Notes: a model not told the origin generated them from the letters alone. A DNA stretch of 64,000 nt from an uncultured Acidobacteriota bacterium (GCA_963727765.1 CAVSGZ010000013.1:559956-623955); one strand, 5' to 3'. Shown: positions 1 through 10,081, counted from the first letter of the stretch. Translations and numbers: made by a program.

Positions 1-89
1 CCGAGCGCCGGAAGTGGGAAGCGATGTTCAAGGACCTGCCGCCGGTGAAGTTCGCGGGCGGGTCCGGTCCAACGCCGAAGCAGGAATAG
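1..89 (+). CDS. 3' end of an upstream gene (partial, unknown product)
   Basis: Frame reads ERRKWEAMFKDLPPVKFAGGSGPTPKQE* with GC-rich third positions; TAG at 87-89. Confidence 0.5.
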   Translation, partial: ERRKWEAMFKDLPPVKFAGGSGPTPKQE

Positions 90-121
90 GCCGGCGCCGC
101 GCCGGCGACGGCGGTCGCACC

Positions 122-1393
122 ATGACGAACCGTGTCCTGAGGGTCCTTCTCGTGGTGCTCGCCCTGGCGGCCCAGGCGGCCGCGGGGTTTTTCCTCGTCC
201 GCTCCGAACACCAGAAGGCCGTCGCCCGCGACGTTTACGCTGCGCTGATGCAGGAAACGGGGCGCGCGCAGACGCTGGTCGGCGAACTGCGCACCGCAGA
301 GGCCGGCCTCGTCGCCACGGGCCAGGACTCGGCGGAGTGGGCGAGCCGGCTGGCGGGCCTGATCCAGGGCACCTCGGACACGATCAAGAAGATCGATCGG
401 GCGTCGTTGTCGGCCGACTCGGCGCAGGATCTCGCGGCCGCCGCCGAGGCGGTCGCGGCCTTCTCCAGGCTGTCGGATCACGTGCGCGACCTGCTGGCGT
501 CCGAGCAGCCGCTCACCGCCTCGTCGATCGTGTTCGGCGACGCGGTCCAGCACCTCGGCACGGCGTCGGCCGCCCTGGCCAGCGTGGCCGCCACGCAGGG
601 ACAGGCGGTCGAACGGGAAATCGGCGGGCGCGATCTCGACGAAGCGTTCGCGCTCGGCGGCGCCGCAGCCTGGACCCTCGTCGTTCTGCTGGTCCTGCCG
701 CCGCGCGTCGAATCGGCCCCGGGCGTGGACCGGGGCGACGAGGGCGCCACAACGACACTCGGCCTGTCTCTGGACACGCCGCCAGCCGCTCAGGTCGAGG
801 CCTCCGCCGGCGTCGATCTCGACCTCGGCTACCACGATTCGCACGTCAGCCTCACCCCGCCGCCCGAGCCGCCGCACGAGTCCGAGCAGGAAATCGAGGA
901 AGGCCTGCGTGGCCAGTCGCGCCTGCGCCTGAACATGGACACGCCGGTGGACCTCGCCGAAGCGGCGCGTCTCTGCACGGACCTCGCCCGCGTCAAAGAG
1001 AGTGGCGAGCTGGCGGGTCTGCTGTCGCGGGCGGCGGAACTGCTCGATGCGTCAGGCCTCGTGCTGTGGATGGTCGGTCCCGACGGCGCGACCCTGCGGC
1101 CCGCTGCCAGCCATGGCTACAGCGACCACGCGCTGGCACGGATGAAGACGCTCTCCGGCCGGTCCGACAACGCCGTCTCTCTCTCGTATCGCACTGGCCG
1201 GCTGGAGGTGGTGCGGGGCGGCCGGGACAAGCCGGGCGCTGTCGTCGCGCCGATCGTCACGTCGAACGGCTGTGTCGGGGCGATGGCCGCGGAAGTCCGG
1301 CACGGCGCCGAGGCCAGCCCGTCGGTGCAGGCGGTGGCCACCATCGTGGCGGCGCAGCTGGCCTCGTTCGTGGCCGAGACGATCTCCTTCTGA
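122..1393 (+). CDS. Membrane protein: TM - extracytoplasmic helical region - TM - linker - C-terminal GAF domain
   Basis: ATG at 122 (MTNRVLRVLLVVLALAA), second hydrophobic stretch (ALGGAAAWTLVVLLVL), GAF-like C-terminus (LDASGLVLW...LRPAASHGY...VVAPIVTSNGCVGAMAAE). Confidence 0.75.
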   Translation: MTNRVLRVLLVVLALAAQAAAGFFLVRSEHQKAVARDVYAALMQETGRAQTLVGELRTAEAGLVATGQDSAEWASRLAGLIQGTSDTIKKIDRASLSADSAQDLAAAAEAVAAFSRLSDHVRDLLASEQPLTASSIVFGDAVQHLGTASAALASVAATQGQAVEREIGGRDLDEAFALGGAAAWTLVVLLVLPPRVESAPGVDRGDEGATTTLGLSLDTPPAAQVEASAGVDLDLGYHDSHVSLTPPPEPPHESEQEIEEGLRGQSRLRLNMDTPVDLAEAARLCTDLARVKESGELAGLLSRAAELLDASGLVLWMVGPDGATLRPAASHGYSDHALARMKTLSGRSDNAVSLSYRTGRLEVVRGGRDKPGAVVAPIVTSNGCVGAMAAEVRHGAEASPSVQAVATIVAAQLASFVAETISF

Positions 1394-1540
1394 CGACGAC
1401 CTCGTCAATTCAGCGAGCCTGTCTAGCAGCGGGCCTTCGTCCGCGCACGAGGGCAACATCCCGTCACAACATCAGGACGCTCCCGCCAGGGTCAGGTGCT
1501 GACAGGTCTGTTTCCAGGCCTTTTTCTGCAAGTTCGCGGT

Positions 1541-1556
1541 CGGCACGGATTTTGAT
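1541..1556 (+). promoter_or_regulatory. Putative sigma54 -24/-12 promoter (GG-N10-GA variant)
   Basis: CGGCACGGATTTTGAT versus consensus TGGCACG-N4-TTGC; lies about 12 nt before a structured region. Confidence 0.4.
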
Positions 1557-1566
1557 GGGGTGGGTA

Positions 1567-1661
1567 TCAGTCGCGCGGAATCGGCGGGGTGCACAACAAC
1601 TCAGGCAGGCGCTGGCATCGTCGCACCTCGAATGTCTGGCAGGGCATCCGGTTCCGCGCGA
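1567..1661 (+). ncRNA. Candidate structured small RNA (three-way junction)
   Basis: 14-bp stem 1571-1584/1648-1661, 8-bp stem 1585-1592/1623-1630, 6-bp hairpin 1632-1647 with GGCA tetraloop; all non-Watson-Crick pairs are G-U on the + strand. Confidence 0.5.
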
Positions 1662-1709
1662 TGTCGTGTGTACGGGCCCATCCCGGCCGTCGAGCGCCGC
1701 CTTCCCCGC

Positions 1710-3518
1710 TCAGGTCGTGATCCTCACCGCGACGGCGGTCATGTCGTCGTTCGGCGGCTCCTCTCCGCGGAACACCTCCACGGCCGCGAAGATCCGGTCC
1801 ACGATCTCGCGCGCCGACAGGCCGCGCGCCTCCCGCACGATGTCGATCACGCGCGCGGTCCCGAACTCGTCCTTCTCCGCGTTCATCGCCTCGAACACGC
1901 CGTCGGTGCAGAAGACGAAGAGGTCGCCCACCTGGAGGTCGAAGGCGATCTCGTCGTAGTGCGATCCGGCGAAGGCGCCGAGCGGCACGCCGGCAATCTC
2001 GACCGGCCCGCACGTCTCGCCCGAGGATCGGATCGGGTACGGCAGCCCGGAGTTCGAGAGGACGACCGTGCGGCGCTTGAGGTCGAACACGGCGTAGCAG
2101 AGCGTGCAGTAATACTCCGCGAGCTGCCGCTCGTGGAGGATCGTGTTGGCCGACGACAGCACGATGGCCGGGCCGAAGCTGTGCGGCGCGAACCGGCGCC
2201 GGAAGGTGCGCGAGCGAATCAGCTCGCCGGCGAAGGCGCCGTAGAGGGCCGCCGGCACCCCCTTGCCCGACACGTCGCCGACGGCGACGGCCAGGGTGTG
2301 GGCCTCCGGCGACAGGTAGTCGTAGAGGTCGCCTCCCAGTTCGCGCGCCGGGGCGAAGCGCGCCGCCACGTCGACGCCCTTGATCTGCTTCGGCACCTCG
2401 CTCGGCAGCAGCGCCGCCTGGACGCGCTGGGCGAACCGCAGCTCGCCTTCCAGCCGCACCTCGTTCCGGCGGATGGTCTCGTAGAGGCGCGCGTTGTCGA
2501 TGGCCACGGCGGCGTGGCCCGCGAGCATCGTCATCACCCCGACGTCGCTCTTGGTGAAGGCGTCGAGCTCCGGGCTCTCGAGGTCGATGACGCCGATGCA
2601 CCGGTCCTTGACGAGCAGCGGGATGACCAGTTCCGACCGGACGTCGTCCATCGCGTTCACGTAGCGGCGGTCGGCGTGGACGTCGGGCACCAGCACGATC
2701 TGCTTGTGCTCGGCCGCGTAGCCGACCAGGCCCTCGCCCATCTTCACCGCGCGCGGCGTGGTCTGCTCGTTGTACTTGAGCGCCAGCTTCGTCTCCAGCT
2801 CGCCGGTCGCCGGGTTGAGCAGCAGGATGCCGAACGTGCGGTATTCGATCAGCCGCTTGGTGAGCTGGGCCAGCCTGACCAGCAGGGCGTCGACGTCGAG
2901 GATGGACGACACCTCGCGGCTGACCTCCGCGAGTGTTTCCATCATCTCGGCGTTCTGCCGCTCCTTCTCGAAGAGCCGCGCGTTCTCGATGCCGATGGCG
3001 ACCGCGGCCGCGAACTGCCTGAGGATCGCCTCGTCGAGCTCGGTGAACTGCTCGGGCGACGGGCTGAGCAGGTTCAGCGCGCCGATCACCTTCCCCTTGC
3101 GGCGCAGCGGCACGACGAGCTCCGAGCGCGTGCCGGGGACGATTTCCACGTAGCGCGGGTCGGCGAGCACGTCGTGGACCAGGATCGGGCGCTCGTCGGC
3201 GACGGCCGTGCCGACAATCCCCTGCCCCACCTTGAGGCGTTGGGCGCGGACGAGGTCTTCCGGATAGCCGACCGCGTAGGCGATGTACAGATCGCGCCGG
3301 CGCTCGTCGATGAGATAGACGGCGAACGAGGTGAACGCCGTCAGCCGGCTGATGAGGTGCGGAATCCGCTGCAGCAGCTCGTCGAGGTCGAGCACCGAGG
3401 TCACCTGCCGCCCCAGGTCGAACAGCGTGGTGAGCAGCTGCTGGTCGCTCGGTCGCGGCGGGAGGTCGCCGGGCGAGCCCGTCGCGGACGGCCGGGGATC
3501 GGAAGAGGATGGCTGCAT
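1710..3518 (-). CDS. GAF-GAF-SpoIIE (PP2C, RsbU-like) serine phosphatase
   Basis: Two GAF repeats (DPRY...SELVVPL; DRRY...SELVIPL), then GGDLYD, VGDVSGKGVPAAL, CTDGVFE and DDMTAV motifs. Confidence 0.93.
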   Translation of the reverse strand: MQPSSSDPRPSATGSPGDLPPRPSDQQLLTTLFDLGRQVTSVLDLDELLQRIPHLISRLTAFTSFAVYLIDERRRDLYIAYAVGYPEDLVRAQRLKVGQGIVGTAVADERPILVHDVLADPRYVEIVPGTRSELVVPLRRKGKVIGALNLLSPSPEQFTELDEAILRQFAAAVAIGIENARLFEKERQNAEMMETLAEVSREVSSILDVDALLVRLAQLTKRLIEYRTFGILLLNPATGELETKLALKYNEQTTPRAVKMGEGLVGYAAEHKQIVLVPDVHADRRYVNAMDDVRSELVIPLLVKDRCIGVIDLESPELDAFTKSDVGVMTMLAGHAAVAIDNARLYETIRRNEVRLEGELRFAQRVQAALLPSEVPKQIKGVDVAARFAPARELGGDLYDYLSPEAHTLAVAVGDVSGKGVPAALYGAFAGELIRSRTFRRRFAPHSFGPAIVLSSANTILHERQLAEYYCTLCYAVFDLKRRTVVLSNSGLPYPIRSSGETCGPVEIAGVPLGAFAGSHYDEIAFDLQVGDLFVFCTDGVFEAMNAEKDEFGTARVIDIVREARGLSAREIVDRIFAAVEVFRGEEPPNDDMTAVAVRITT

Positions 3519-3557
3519 GGCTGTCGATCGACTGCGAGACGCGGGCGACGCACCCGG

Positions 3558-3565
3558 ATTATACT
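3558..3565. promoter_or_regulatory. Overlapping divergent -10 hexamers
   Basis: ATTATACT gives TATAAT on the minus strand (3558-3563) and TATACT on the plus strand (3560-3565) between divergent genes in GC-rich DNA. Confidence 0.45.
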
Positions 3566-3602
3566 TCTGAGCTTACCGCGGATGTCCGGGAGCGTTCATT
3601 TC

Positions 3603-4061
3603 ATGGATCTGCAGCTGCCACTCGACAACGCCACCATCGAGCGGATCCTCCCGCATCGCTTCCCGTTCCTCCTCGTGGACCGCATCACCGAGCTCGAGAT
3701 CGACAGGCGCATTGTCGGCATCAAGAACATCTCCGCCGACCAGTACTTCCTGAACCGGTCCGCCGAGGACGGCCCGACGCTGCCGCTCACCATCCTCACC
3801 GAGGCCGTCGGCCAGGTGGGGGCGATCCTCATCCTCGCCAAGCCAGAGAACCGCAACCGGCTCATCTTCTTCATGGGGATCGACCGCGTGCGCTACAAGC
3901 GGCCGGTGCGCCCCGGCGACGTGGTGGAGGTCGAGGCGACGGTGGTCCGCCTTCGCAGCAGGATGGGGATCGTCCGCGGCGTGGCCCGCGTGGACGGCCA
4001 GGTGGTGCTCGCCGGCACGATGACGTTCGCCCTCAGCCCGTCGAGGACCGAGGCGCCGTAG
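3603..4061 (+). CDS. FabZ-like hot-dog fold protein (3-hydroxyacyl-ACP dehydratase family, HFP motif absent)
   Basis: ILPHRFPFLLVDRI, GIKNIS, FFMGIDRVRYKRPVRPGD motifs; ATG at 3603. Confidence 0.85.
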   Translation: MDLQLPLDNATIERILPHRFPFLLVDRITELEIDRRIVGIKNISADQYFLNRSAEDGPTLPLTILTEAVGQVGAILILAKPENRNRLIFFMGIDRVRYKRPVRPGDVVEVEATVVRLRSRMGIVRGVARVDGQVVLAGTMTFALSPSRTEAP

Positions 4062-4071
4062 CGGCGGCCGC

Positions 4072-5025
4072 TCAGCCCTCCGCCGGCCCCTTCCAGAACA
4101 CGCGATCGAGGCGCTTGTGGTAGCCGGTGAATTCGCCGTCGCCGGTGTCGTCGCCAATCGCCTGGCGCACCATGTTGATCTTCGCGTCGAGGTCGTCGAT
4201 GAACGAGAGGATGAACGCCTCGACAGTCATCGGAACCACCGGCGACCCGTACTCCAGGCACCCGTGGTGCGAGAGGACGAGGTGCTGGATCTCGGACAGC
4301 AGCGTCGGCGGGAACCCCTCGATCGCATGCGCGGCGTCGCGCACGACCGCCGCGCCAAGCACGATATGACCGATGAGCCGCCCGTCGCGCGAGTAACTCG
4401 TCGCCACGTCGTAATCGAGCTCCTGCAGCTTGCCGATGTCGTGCAGGATCGCGCCGGCCAGCACCAGGTCGACGTCGGCACCGTAGGCCTTCGCCACCAT
4501 CTCGCCGACGCCCGCCATCTGGAGGATGTGCTCGAGGAATCCCGCGCGGTAGGCGTGGTGCAGCGTCTGCGCGGCCGGCCAGATGCGCAGCTTCGCTTCG
4601 TGGGCGGTCACCACGCTTGCGAGCAGCTGCTTCACGTACGGGTTGGCGGCCGACGCGATCCGTCCCTGCAGCTCGGCCCACATCTCGTCAACCGGCCGCG
4701 CCGAGGCGATCACGCAGTCCTCCTCGCGGAACCCTTCCGTCCGGTCCTGCTCGGGATGGACGCGCCGGATGTTCTCGACGATGAGCTGCAGCCGGTCGTT
4801 GTAGATGCTCGCCCGCGCCCTCACCTTGACGAACTCGCCCGCCTCGAATTCGCCCTTCAGCCGATCCACGTCGTCGAAGGCTCGCGCGGGCATGCGGCCG
4901 GTGGCGTCTTGCAGGGTGAGGAACAAAAAATCGCCGTTGCGCCCGGGGCGGATTTCCTTCTGCGTGCAGACGAAGAAACCGATGCCGGCCGAGTCTGAGG
5001 TCAGGTGGCGGATGGGCGGCAGCAT
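4072..5025 (-). CDS. OB-fold + HD domain 3'-5' exoribonuclease, YhaM/Cbf1 family
   Basis: LTLQDATG OB fold; PAAQTLHHAYRAGFLEH, LHDIGK, GHI, SHHG, IDDLDAK motifs. Confidence 0.9.
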   Translation of the reverse strand: MLPPIRHLTSDSAGIGFFVCTQKEIRPGRNGDFLFLTLQDATGRMPARAFDDVDRLKGEFEAGEFVKVRARASIYNDRLQLIVENIRRVHPEQDRTEGFREEDCVIASARPVDEMWAELQGRIASAANPYVKQLLASVVTAHEAKLRIWPAAQTLHHAYRAGFLEHILQMAGVGEMVAKAYGADVDLVLAGAILHDIGKLQELDYDVATSYSRDGRLIGHIVLGAAVVRDAAHAIEGFPPTLLSEIQHLVLSHHGCLEYGSPVVPMTVEAFILSFIDDLDAKINMVRQAIGDDTGDGEFTGYHKRLDRVFWKGPAEG

Positions 5026-5140
5026 GCACACAGCATAGGGCAGGTCAGCGCCCCGGTTCATCTCCAATCGCTCCGGGCGCCGCTCTCGGCAGTAAGATCG
5101 AGGTGGCGGCCCGTTTCCCGGGTCGCGCGCCGGAGATCCC

Positions 5141-7480
5141 GTGACAACCTCGTCTGCCAAGCCCGCGCCCGCACACGTCTCTCTGCCCGTCCTCGGCATG
5201 AGCTGCGCGGCGTGCGCCCGGACAATCGCGCTCACGCTCGAAGACACGCCGGGCGTCGAGGCGGCCGACGTGAACTTCGCCACGGGCCGGGCCGTCGTGA
5301 CGTTCGACCCCGCTACCGTGGGCGTCGGCGACCTTGTCAAGGCCGTTCGCGAGGTCGGCTACGACGTCATCGAGACAGGTCAGCCCGACCAACCCGAGGC
5401 GGGGGCGGCCGCCAACTCCGCGGGCACCGAGGCCGTCGAGGATCTCGAAAGGCAGGCGCACGAAGCCGCTTATCTGGATCTCCGGCGCCGGTTTGTCGTG
5501 GCCGTCTGCCTGACGGCGCCGCTGCTGGTCGTCAGCATGGTACATCTGCATTTTCCGGGGGCCGACCTCGTGCAGTTCGCGCTGGCGCTGCCGGTGGTTG
5601 CCTACTCCGGCGCCCAGTTCTACCGCGGCGCCTGGAACAGCCTCCGCCACCGGGCGGCGGACATGAACACGCTCATCGCCGTCGGCACCGGCGTCGCGTT
5701 CGGCTACTCCGTCATCGTCACGCTCGCGCCGGGACTGCTGGCAGGCGCGGCGCCCAGGCCTCACGGCGCGACGCCCGCGTCGCTCGATGTCTACTTCGAA
5801 GTCTCGACGGCCATCATCGCCCTCGTCCTGCTCGGCCGCCTGCTCGAGACGCGCGCCCGTGGGCGGACGTCCGACGCCATCCGGCGGCTGATCGGCCTCC
5901 AGCCGCGCACCGCGAGGGTGCTGGTGAGTGGCCAGGAGATCGAGATTCCGGCGGCGTCAGTCGCCGCGGGCCACGTCGTGGTGGTGCGGCCCGGCGAGCA
6001 GGTCCCGGTCGACGGCGAGATGCTCGACGGCGTGTCGGCCGTCGACGAGTCGATGCTGACGGGCGAATCGCTGCCGGTCGACAAGGCCGCAGGGGCGACG
6101 GTGTTCGCCGGGAGCGTGAACACGACGGGGAGCTTCACCTTCCGCGCGACGAGAGTGGGACGCGACACGGCGCTGCAGCAGATCGTCCGGCTCGTGCAGG
6201 AGGCGCAGGCGAGGCGCGCGCCGATCGCGCGCCTCGCCGACGTCATCTCGGGCTACTTCACGCCGGCCGTGATCTGCCTCGCCATCGCCACCTTCGTCAT
6301 TTGGTTCGACCTGCTCCCGGCCGGATCGCGATTCACGCCAGCCCTGGTCAGCTTCGTGGCGGTGATGATCATCGCCTGCCCGTGCGCGATGGGCCTCGCC
6401 ACGCCGACGGCGATTCTCGTGGGCACCGGGAAGGGCGCCGAGAAGGGGATCCTGATCCGCGGCGGCGAGATCCTCGAGCGCGCGGGGCAGATCACGACGG
6501 TCGTGCTCGACAAGACCGGCACGATCACGGTCGGGCGCCCGGAGGTCACCGACGTGGTGGTGGTGGGCGGCGGGGCCGAGACCGAACTGCTCGCGCTGGC
6601 GGCGTCCGCCGAGCACCGGTCCGAGCATCCACTGGCGGCGGCGATCGTCCGTGCCGCGCAGGAGCGCGCGCTGACGATCGGGGCCGTCGATGAGTTCGAG
6701 GCCGTTCCTGGCCGCGGAATCCTGGCGCGCGTCGGCGGCCGGCGCGTGGCCATCGGGAACGAGGCGCTGATGGACGACCGGGGCGTGGACCTCGCCCCGG
6801 CGCGGCGCGAGATCGAGCGGCTGGCGCGGGCGGCGAGGACGGTGATGATCGTAGCAGCCTCGCCCGCCGGCCCGGATCAGGGAGTGGGCCTGTCGGTCGC
6901 CGGCCTGGTCGGGATGGCCGACACGCCGCGGCCCGAGTCGGCGGCCGCGATCGCGCGAATGAAGGCGATGGGCCTCCACATCGTGATGATGACCGGCGAC
7001 AACCCCGCCACCGCCGAGGCCATCGCCCGGCAGGTGTCGCCGTCTGGCGCGATCGATCGGATCATGGCCGGCGTGCTGCCCGACCGGAAGGCGGCGGCCG
7101 TGAAGGCGCTCCAGGACGAGGGCCGCATCGTGGCCATGGTGGGCGACGGCATCAACGACGCGCCGGCCCTGGCGCAGGCCGATGTCGGGATCGCGGTCGG
7201 ATCGGGAACCGACGTGGCAATCGAGGCGGCCGACATCACGCTGATGCGCAGTGACCTGAACGGCGTGGCCGAGGCGATCCGGCTCTCGCGGCGCACGCTG
7301 CGCGTGATTCGGCAGAACCTGTTCTGGGCCTTCTTCTACAACGTGCTCGGTATCCCTCTCGCCGCTGGCGCGCTGTACCCGTTCACCGGCTGGCTGCTCA
7401 ACCCGATGGTCGCGGCGGCCGCCATGTCGTTCTCGTCGGTCTCGGTGCTCGCCAACAGCCTGCGCCTTCGCCGCGCCTGA
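5141..7480 (+). CDS. copA: Copper(I)-translocating P1B-type ATPase
   Basis: N-terminal GMSCAAC HMA domain, [26 protein letters not shown] and MSFSS transmembrane motifs. Confidence 0.93.
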   Translation: MTTSSAKPAPAHVSLPVLGMSCAACARTIALTLEDTPGVEAADVNFATGRAVVTFDPATVGVGDLVKAVREVGYDVIETGQPDQPEAGAAANSAGTEAVEDLERQAHEAAYLDLRRRFVVAVCLTAPLLVVSMVHLHFPGADLVQFALALPVVAYSGAQFYRGAWNSLRHRAADMNTLIAVGTGVAFGYSVIVTLAPGLLAGAAPRPHGATPASLDVYFEVSTAIIALVLLGRLLETRARGRTSDAIRRLIGLQPRTARVLVSGQEIEIPAASVAAGHVVVVRPGEQVPVDGEMLDGVSAVDESMLTGESLPVDKAAGATVFAGSVNTTGSFTFRATRVGRDTALQQIVRLVQEAQARRAPIARLADVISGYFTPAVICLAIATFVIWFDLLPAGSRFTPALVSFVAVMIIACPCAMGLATPTAILVGTGKGAEKGILIRGGEILERAGQITTVVLDKTGTITVGRPEVTDVVVVGGGAETELLALAASAEHRSEHPLAAAIVRAAQERALTIGAVDEFEAVPGRGILARVGGRRVAIGNEALMDDRGVDLAPARREIERLARAARTVMIVAASPAGPDQGVGLSVAGLVGMADTPRPESAAAIARMKAMGLHIVMMTGDNPATAEAIARQVSPSGAIDRIMAGVLPDRKAAAVKALQDEGRIVAMVGDGINDAPALAQADVGIAVGSGTDVAIEAADITLMRSDLNGVAEAIRLSRRTLRVIRQNLFWAFFYNVLGIPLAAGALYPFTGWLLNPMVAAAAMSFSSVSVLANSLRLRRA

Positions 7481-7489
7481 GGAGCCGTG

Positions 7490-7591
7490 ATGGATTCGAC
7501 GCAGATTGTCGTGACGGCGGCCGGGGCGGGTCTCATTCTCGCCGTGCTGCTCTTCTTCTTCGGGCCGAGGCGACGGCGGCTTCCCGTATAA
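7490..7591 (+). CDS. 33-aa single-TM microprotein downstream of copA
   Basis: GGAG RBS at 7481; MDSTQIVVTAAGAGLILAVLLFFFGPRRRRLPV*; hydrophobic helix followed by a positive-inside Arg cluster. Confidence 0.6.
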   Translation: MDSTQIVVTAAGAGLILAVLLFFFGPRRRRLPV

Positions 7592-7592
7592 T
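7587..7592 (+). promoter_or_regulatory. Perfect -10 box 7 nt before a GTG start (probable leaderless mRNA)
   Basis: TATAAT at 7587-7592, GTG at 7600, no SD sequence between them. Confidence 0.5.
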
Positions 7593-7599
7593 CTCCCCC

Positions 7600-9138
7600 G
7601 TGGACCATGCTGCCGCGGAATCCAGGGGTCGCGCCTTCACGCGGCTGTTCGATCACGTCCGGATCGGCGCGTTCGTCGGAATCCTCTCCGACAGGGGCGA
7701 TCGCACGCTCGCCGCCAACGCGCAGCTCAGATTGATCTTCGGCTACCCGATCGAGACCGGTGATGCCGCGATCCTGCCGTTCGGCGCCGATCGGTTCATC
7801 GATCCGCTGGCGCGGCCGAACCTCATCGAGCGGCTTGGGCGCGACGGGTCGGTCGCCGACTTCCTGGTCCGCATCCGCCGCGTGGACTTCACGCCGATTT
7901 GGGTGGAGGTCACCGGCTGGGCGGAAGCCTCGGCCGACGGCGGCGTGCGCCTGGAGGCCCTGGTCCGCGACGTCAGCGACCGCAAGAAGCTCGACGATCA
8001 GACGCGGGACCTCTACCACCAACTGCTGCAAGCCGAGAAGCTCGCCTCGCTCGGCCAGACAATCTCGGGGATCGCGCACGAGCTCAACAACCCCCTGGCG
8101 ACGATCCTGACCTGGGCCGATCGGCTCTCGCACCGGCAGGTCGACGACCAGACACGCCGCGGCCTCGACGTCATCCTCTCTGAAGCCGAGCGCTCCGCCC
8201 GCATCGTCCGCAACCTGCTGACCTTCGCGCGCAAGCGCCACACGACGCGCACGATGGTCGACGTCAACCAGGTCGTCGAGGAGACACTGACGCTGCGCGC
8301 CTACGAGCAGCGGGTGACCAACATCAACGTCATCCGCGCGCTGGCGGCCGGCCTGCCTCAGGTGTTTGCCGACCCGCACCAGCTGCAGCAGGTGCTGCTC
8401 AACCTGGTGATCAACGCCGAGCAGGCGATGCTGTCGGCCCACGGGCACGGCACCCTCGTCGTGCGCACGTGGCACGACGGCACGAACGACCAGGTAGTGC
8501 TCGAGGTGAACGACGACGGGCCCGGGATCCCGGAGGAGGCGCGGACGAAGATCTTCGATCCCTTCTTCACGACGAAGGAGGTCGGCAAGGGCACCGGCCT
8601 GGGACTAACCGTGGCCTACGCGATCGTCCAGGAGCACGGCGGGCGGCTGTGGATCGGGACACCGGAGGGCGGGGGCGCCGGAGCGTCGTTCTTCGTGGCG
8701 CTGCCGACCGGAGACGCCAGCACGGTGCGCGCGCCGCAGCCGCCGCCCGAGGAGATCGCGAAGGACCTGCCGCGCGGCGCGTCGGTGCTGCTCGTCGAGG
8801 ACGAGCCGGCGCTGGCCCAGGCCGTCGGCGAAGGCCTCGCCGACGCCGGCTTCATCGTCGATCACGCAAGCGACGGCGAGGAGGCCCTGGCTCTTGCGGG
8901 AGCCAGGACCTACGACTTGATCGTGTGCGATTTGAAGATGCCGCGGGTCGACGGGATGCAGTTCTACCGGACCATCGCCGCGACCAAACCCGCGCTGGCG
9001 CGCCGGGTCATCTTCGTGACCGGCGACGTGGTCGGGACCGACGCGGAGCGGTTCCTCGAGGAAACCGGCTGCCGCTGGCTCGCCAAGCCGTTCAGGCTTG
9101 CCGACTTGCTGCGGGCCGCGCGCGAAGTCCTCGGATAG
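7600..9138 (+). CDS. Hybrid sensor histidine kinase (PAS-HisKA-HATPase-REC)
   Basis: AHELNNPL H-box, NLVINA N-box, [21 protein letters not shown], receiver VLLVEDE...CDLKMP...AKPF. Confidence 0.93.
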   Translation: MDHAAAESRGRAFTRLFDHVRIGAFVGILSDRGDRTLAANAQLRLIFGYPIETGDAAILPFGADRFIDPLARPNLIERLGRDGSVADFLVRIRRVDFTPIWVEVTGWAEASADGGVRLEALVRDVSDRKKLDDQTRDLYHQLLQAEKLASLGQTISGIAHELNNPLATILTWADRLSHRQVDDQTRRGLDVILSEAERSARIVRNLLTFARKRHTTRTMVDVNQVVEETLTLRAYEQRVTNINVIRALAAGLPQVFADPHQLQQVLLNLVINAEQAMLSAHGHGTLVVRTWHDGTNDQVVLEVNDDGPGIPEEARTKIFDPFFTTKEVGKGTGLGLTVAYAIVQEHGGRLWIGTPEGGGAGASFFVALPTGDASTVRAPQPPPEEIAKDLPRGASVLLVEDEPALAQAVGEGLADAGFIVDHASDGEEALALAGARTYDLIVCDLKMPRVDGMQFYRTIAATKPALARRVIFVTGDVVGTDAERFLEETGCRWLAKPFRLADLLRAAREVLG

Positions 9139-10022
9139 GACAACAGCGTCCCGCCGGCCGGGAGCCGCGACGCCGGCGCCCCCGGCAGCGTGGCCCTGGC
9201 CTGCACCGGTCGCGCGAACGGGAGCACGGGCCGCGCCGAGAGCGGCACGCGCGGCGTGAAGGCGGTGATGACCGGCGGCTGCTTGACGGCACCCGTCGCC
9301 CGCGCCGTCTGCGCCGACGGTTCGAGGGCGGCGCGCAGGCGCTGGATGGCGCGGGCGTGCAGCTGCGACACGCGCGATTCGTTCACGCCCAGCTCGGCGC
9401 CGATTTCCTTCATCGTGACATCGCCGAAATAGTAGAGGCTCACCAGGCGGCGCTCGCGCGCGGGCAGCGTGGCCATCGCGCTGCGAATGCGTTCCTTCTC
9501 CTCGGTGCGCTCGTAGGCAGAGTCGGGGGAAGCGGGCTCCGACGGGACGAGGACCGCCGGCAGCGAGGACTCGTCGAGACGGTCGGCGCTGGCCAGCGGC
9601 GACGTGGATTCGATCGTGTGGATCCGAACGATGGTGCGGCCCAGGCGCTTCTCGTCGGAGCCGACCTTGGCGGCCAGGTCGGCGATGGACGGCTCGTGGC
9701 CCAGCTCGCGGCGCAGTGTTTCGCGCGCGGCTTCGAGCTCGCGGCGGACACGGCGCACGCCGCGCGGCCACGCCTCGCGGCGCAGCGCGTCGATCATCGC
9801 CCCGCGCACGCGGCGCTCGGCAAAGGTCTCGAACTTGATGCCGCGCCCCTCGTCGAAGCGGTGAGCGGCGTCGATGAGACCCATGACCCCGTCCTGCACC
9901 AGGTCCCCGATGTCAATCGAGTGCGGCATCGAGGCCGCAAGGCGACGTGCGAGGGCTTCGACAAACGGCAGCCCGGCAACGACGCGGCGACTTTCGTGGG
10001 AGGGAATCGCTTGGGCCCGCAT
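8964..10022 (-). CDS. fliA: FliA/WhiG family sigma-28 factor (C-terminal tail overlaps the convergent kinase gene)
   Basis: DLVQDGVMGLIDAAHRFD...FETFAERRVRGAMIDALR region 2; LYYF...TMKEIGAELGVNESRVSQLH region 4; GGAG RBS before ATG 10022. Confidence 0.85.
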   Translation of the reverse strand: MRAQAIPSHESRRVVAGLPFVEALARRLAASMPHSIDIGDLVQDGVMGLIDAAHRFDEGRGIKFETFAERRVRGAMIDALRREAWPRGVRRVRRELEAARETLRRELGHEPSIADLAAKVGSDEKRLGRTIVRIHTIESTSPLASADRLDESSLPAVLVPSEPASPDSAYERTEEKERIRSAMATLPARERRLVSLYYFGDVTMKEIGAELGVNESRVSQLHARAIQRLRAALEPSAQTARATGAVKQPPVITAFTPRVPLSARPVLPFARPVQARATLPGAPASRLPAGGTLLSYPRTSRAARSKSASLNGLASQRQPVSSRNRSASVPTTSPVTKMTRRASAGLVAAMVR

Positions 10023-10081
10023 CTTCGTTTCTCCTTGGCGACGTGTTTGCGCCAACCTGTTGTCTGACGAGCCCAACCAAT

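Noticed and set aside
1443-1510. c-di-GMP-I riboswitch (GCACGAGGGCAAC...GGACGC resemblance)
   Set aside because: It lacks GGCAAA, the GNRA-capped P2 stem and GCAAAGC, and there is no downstream gene on that strand.
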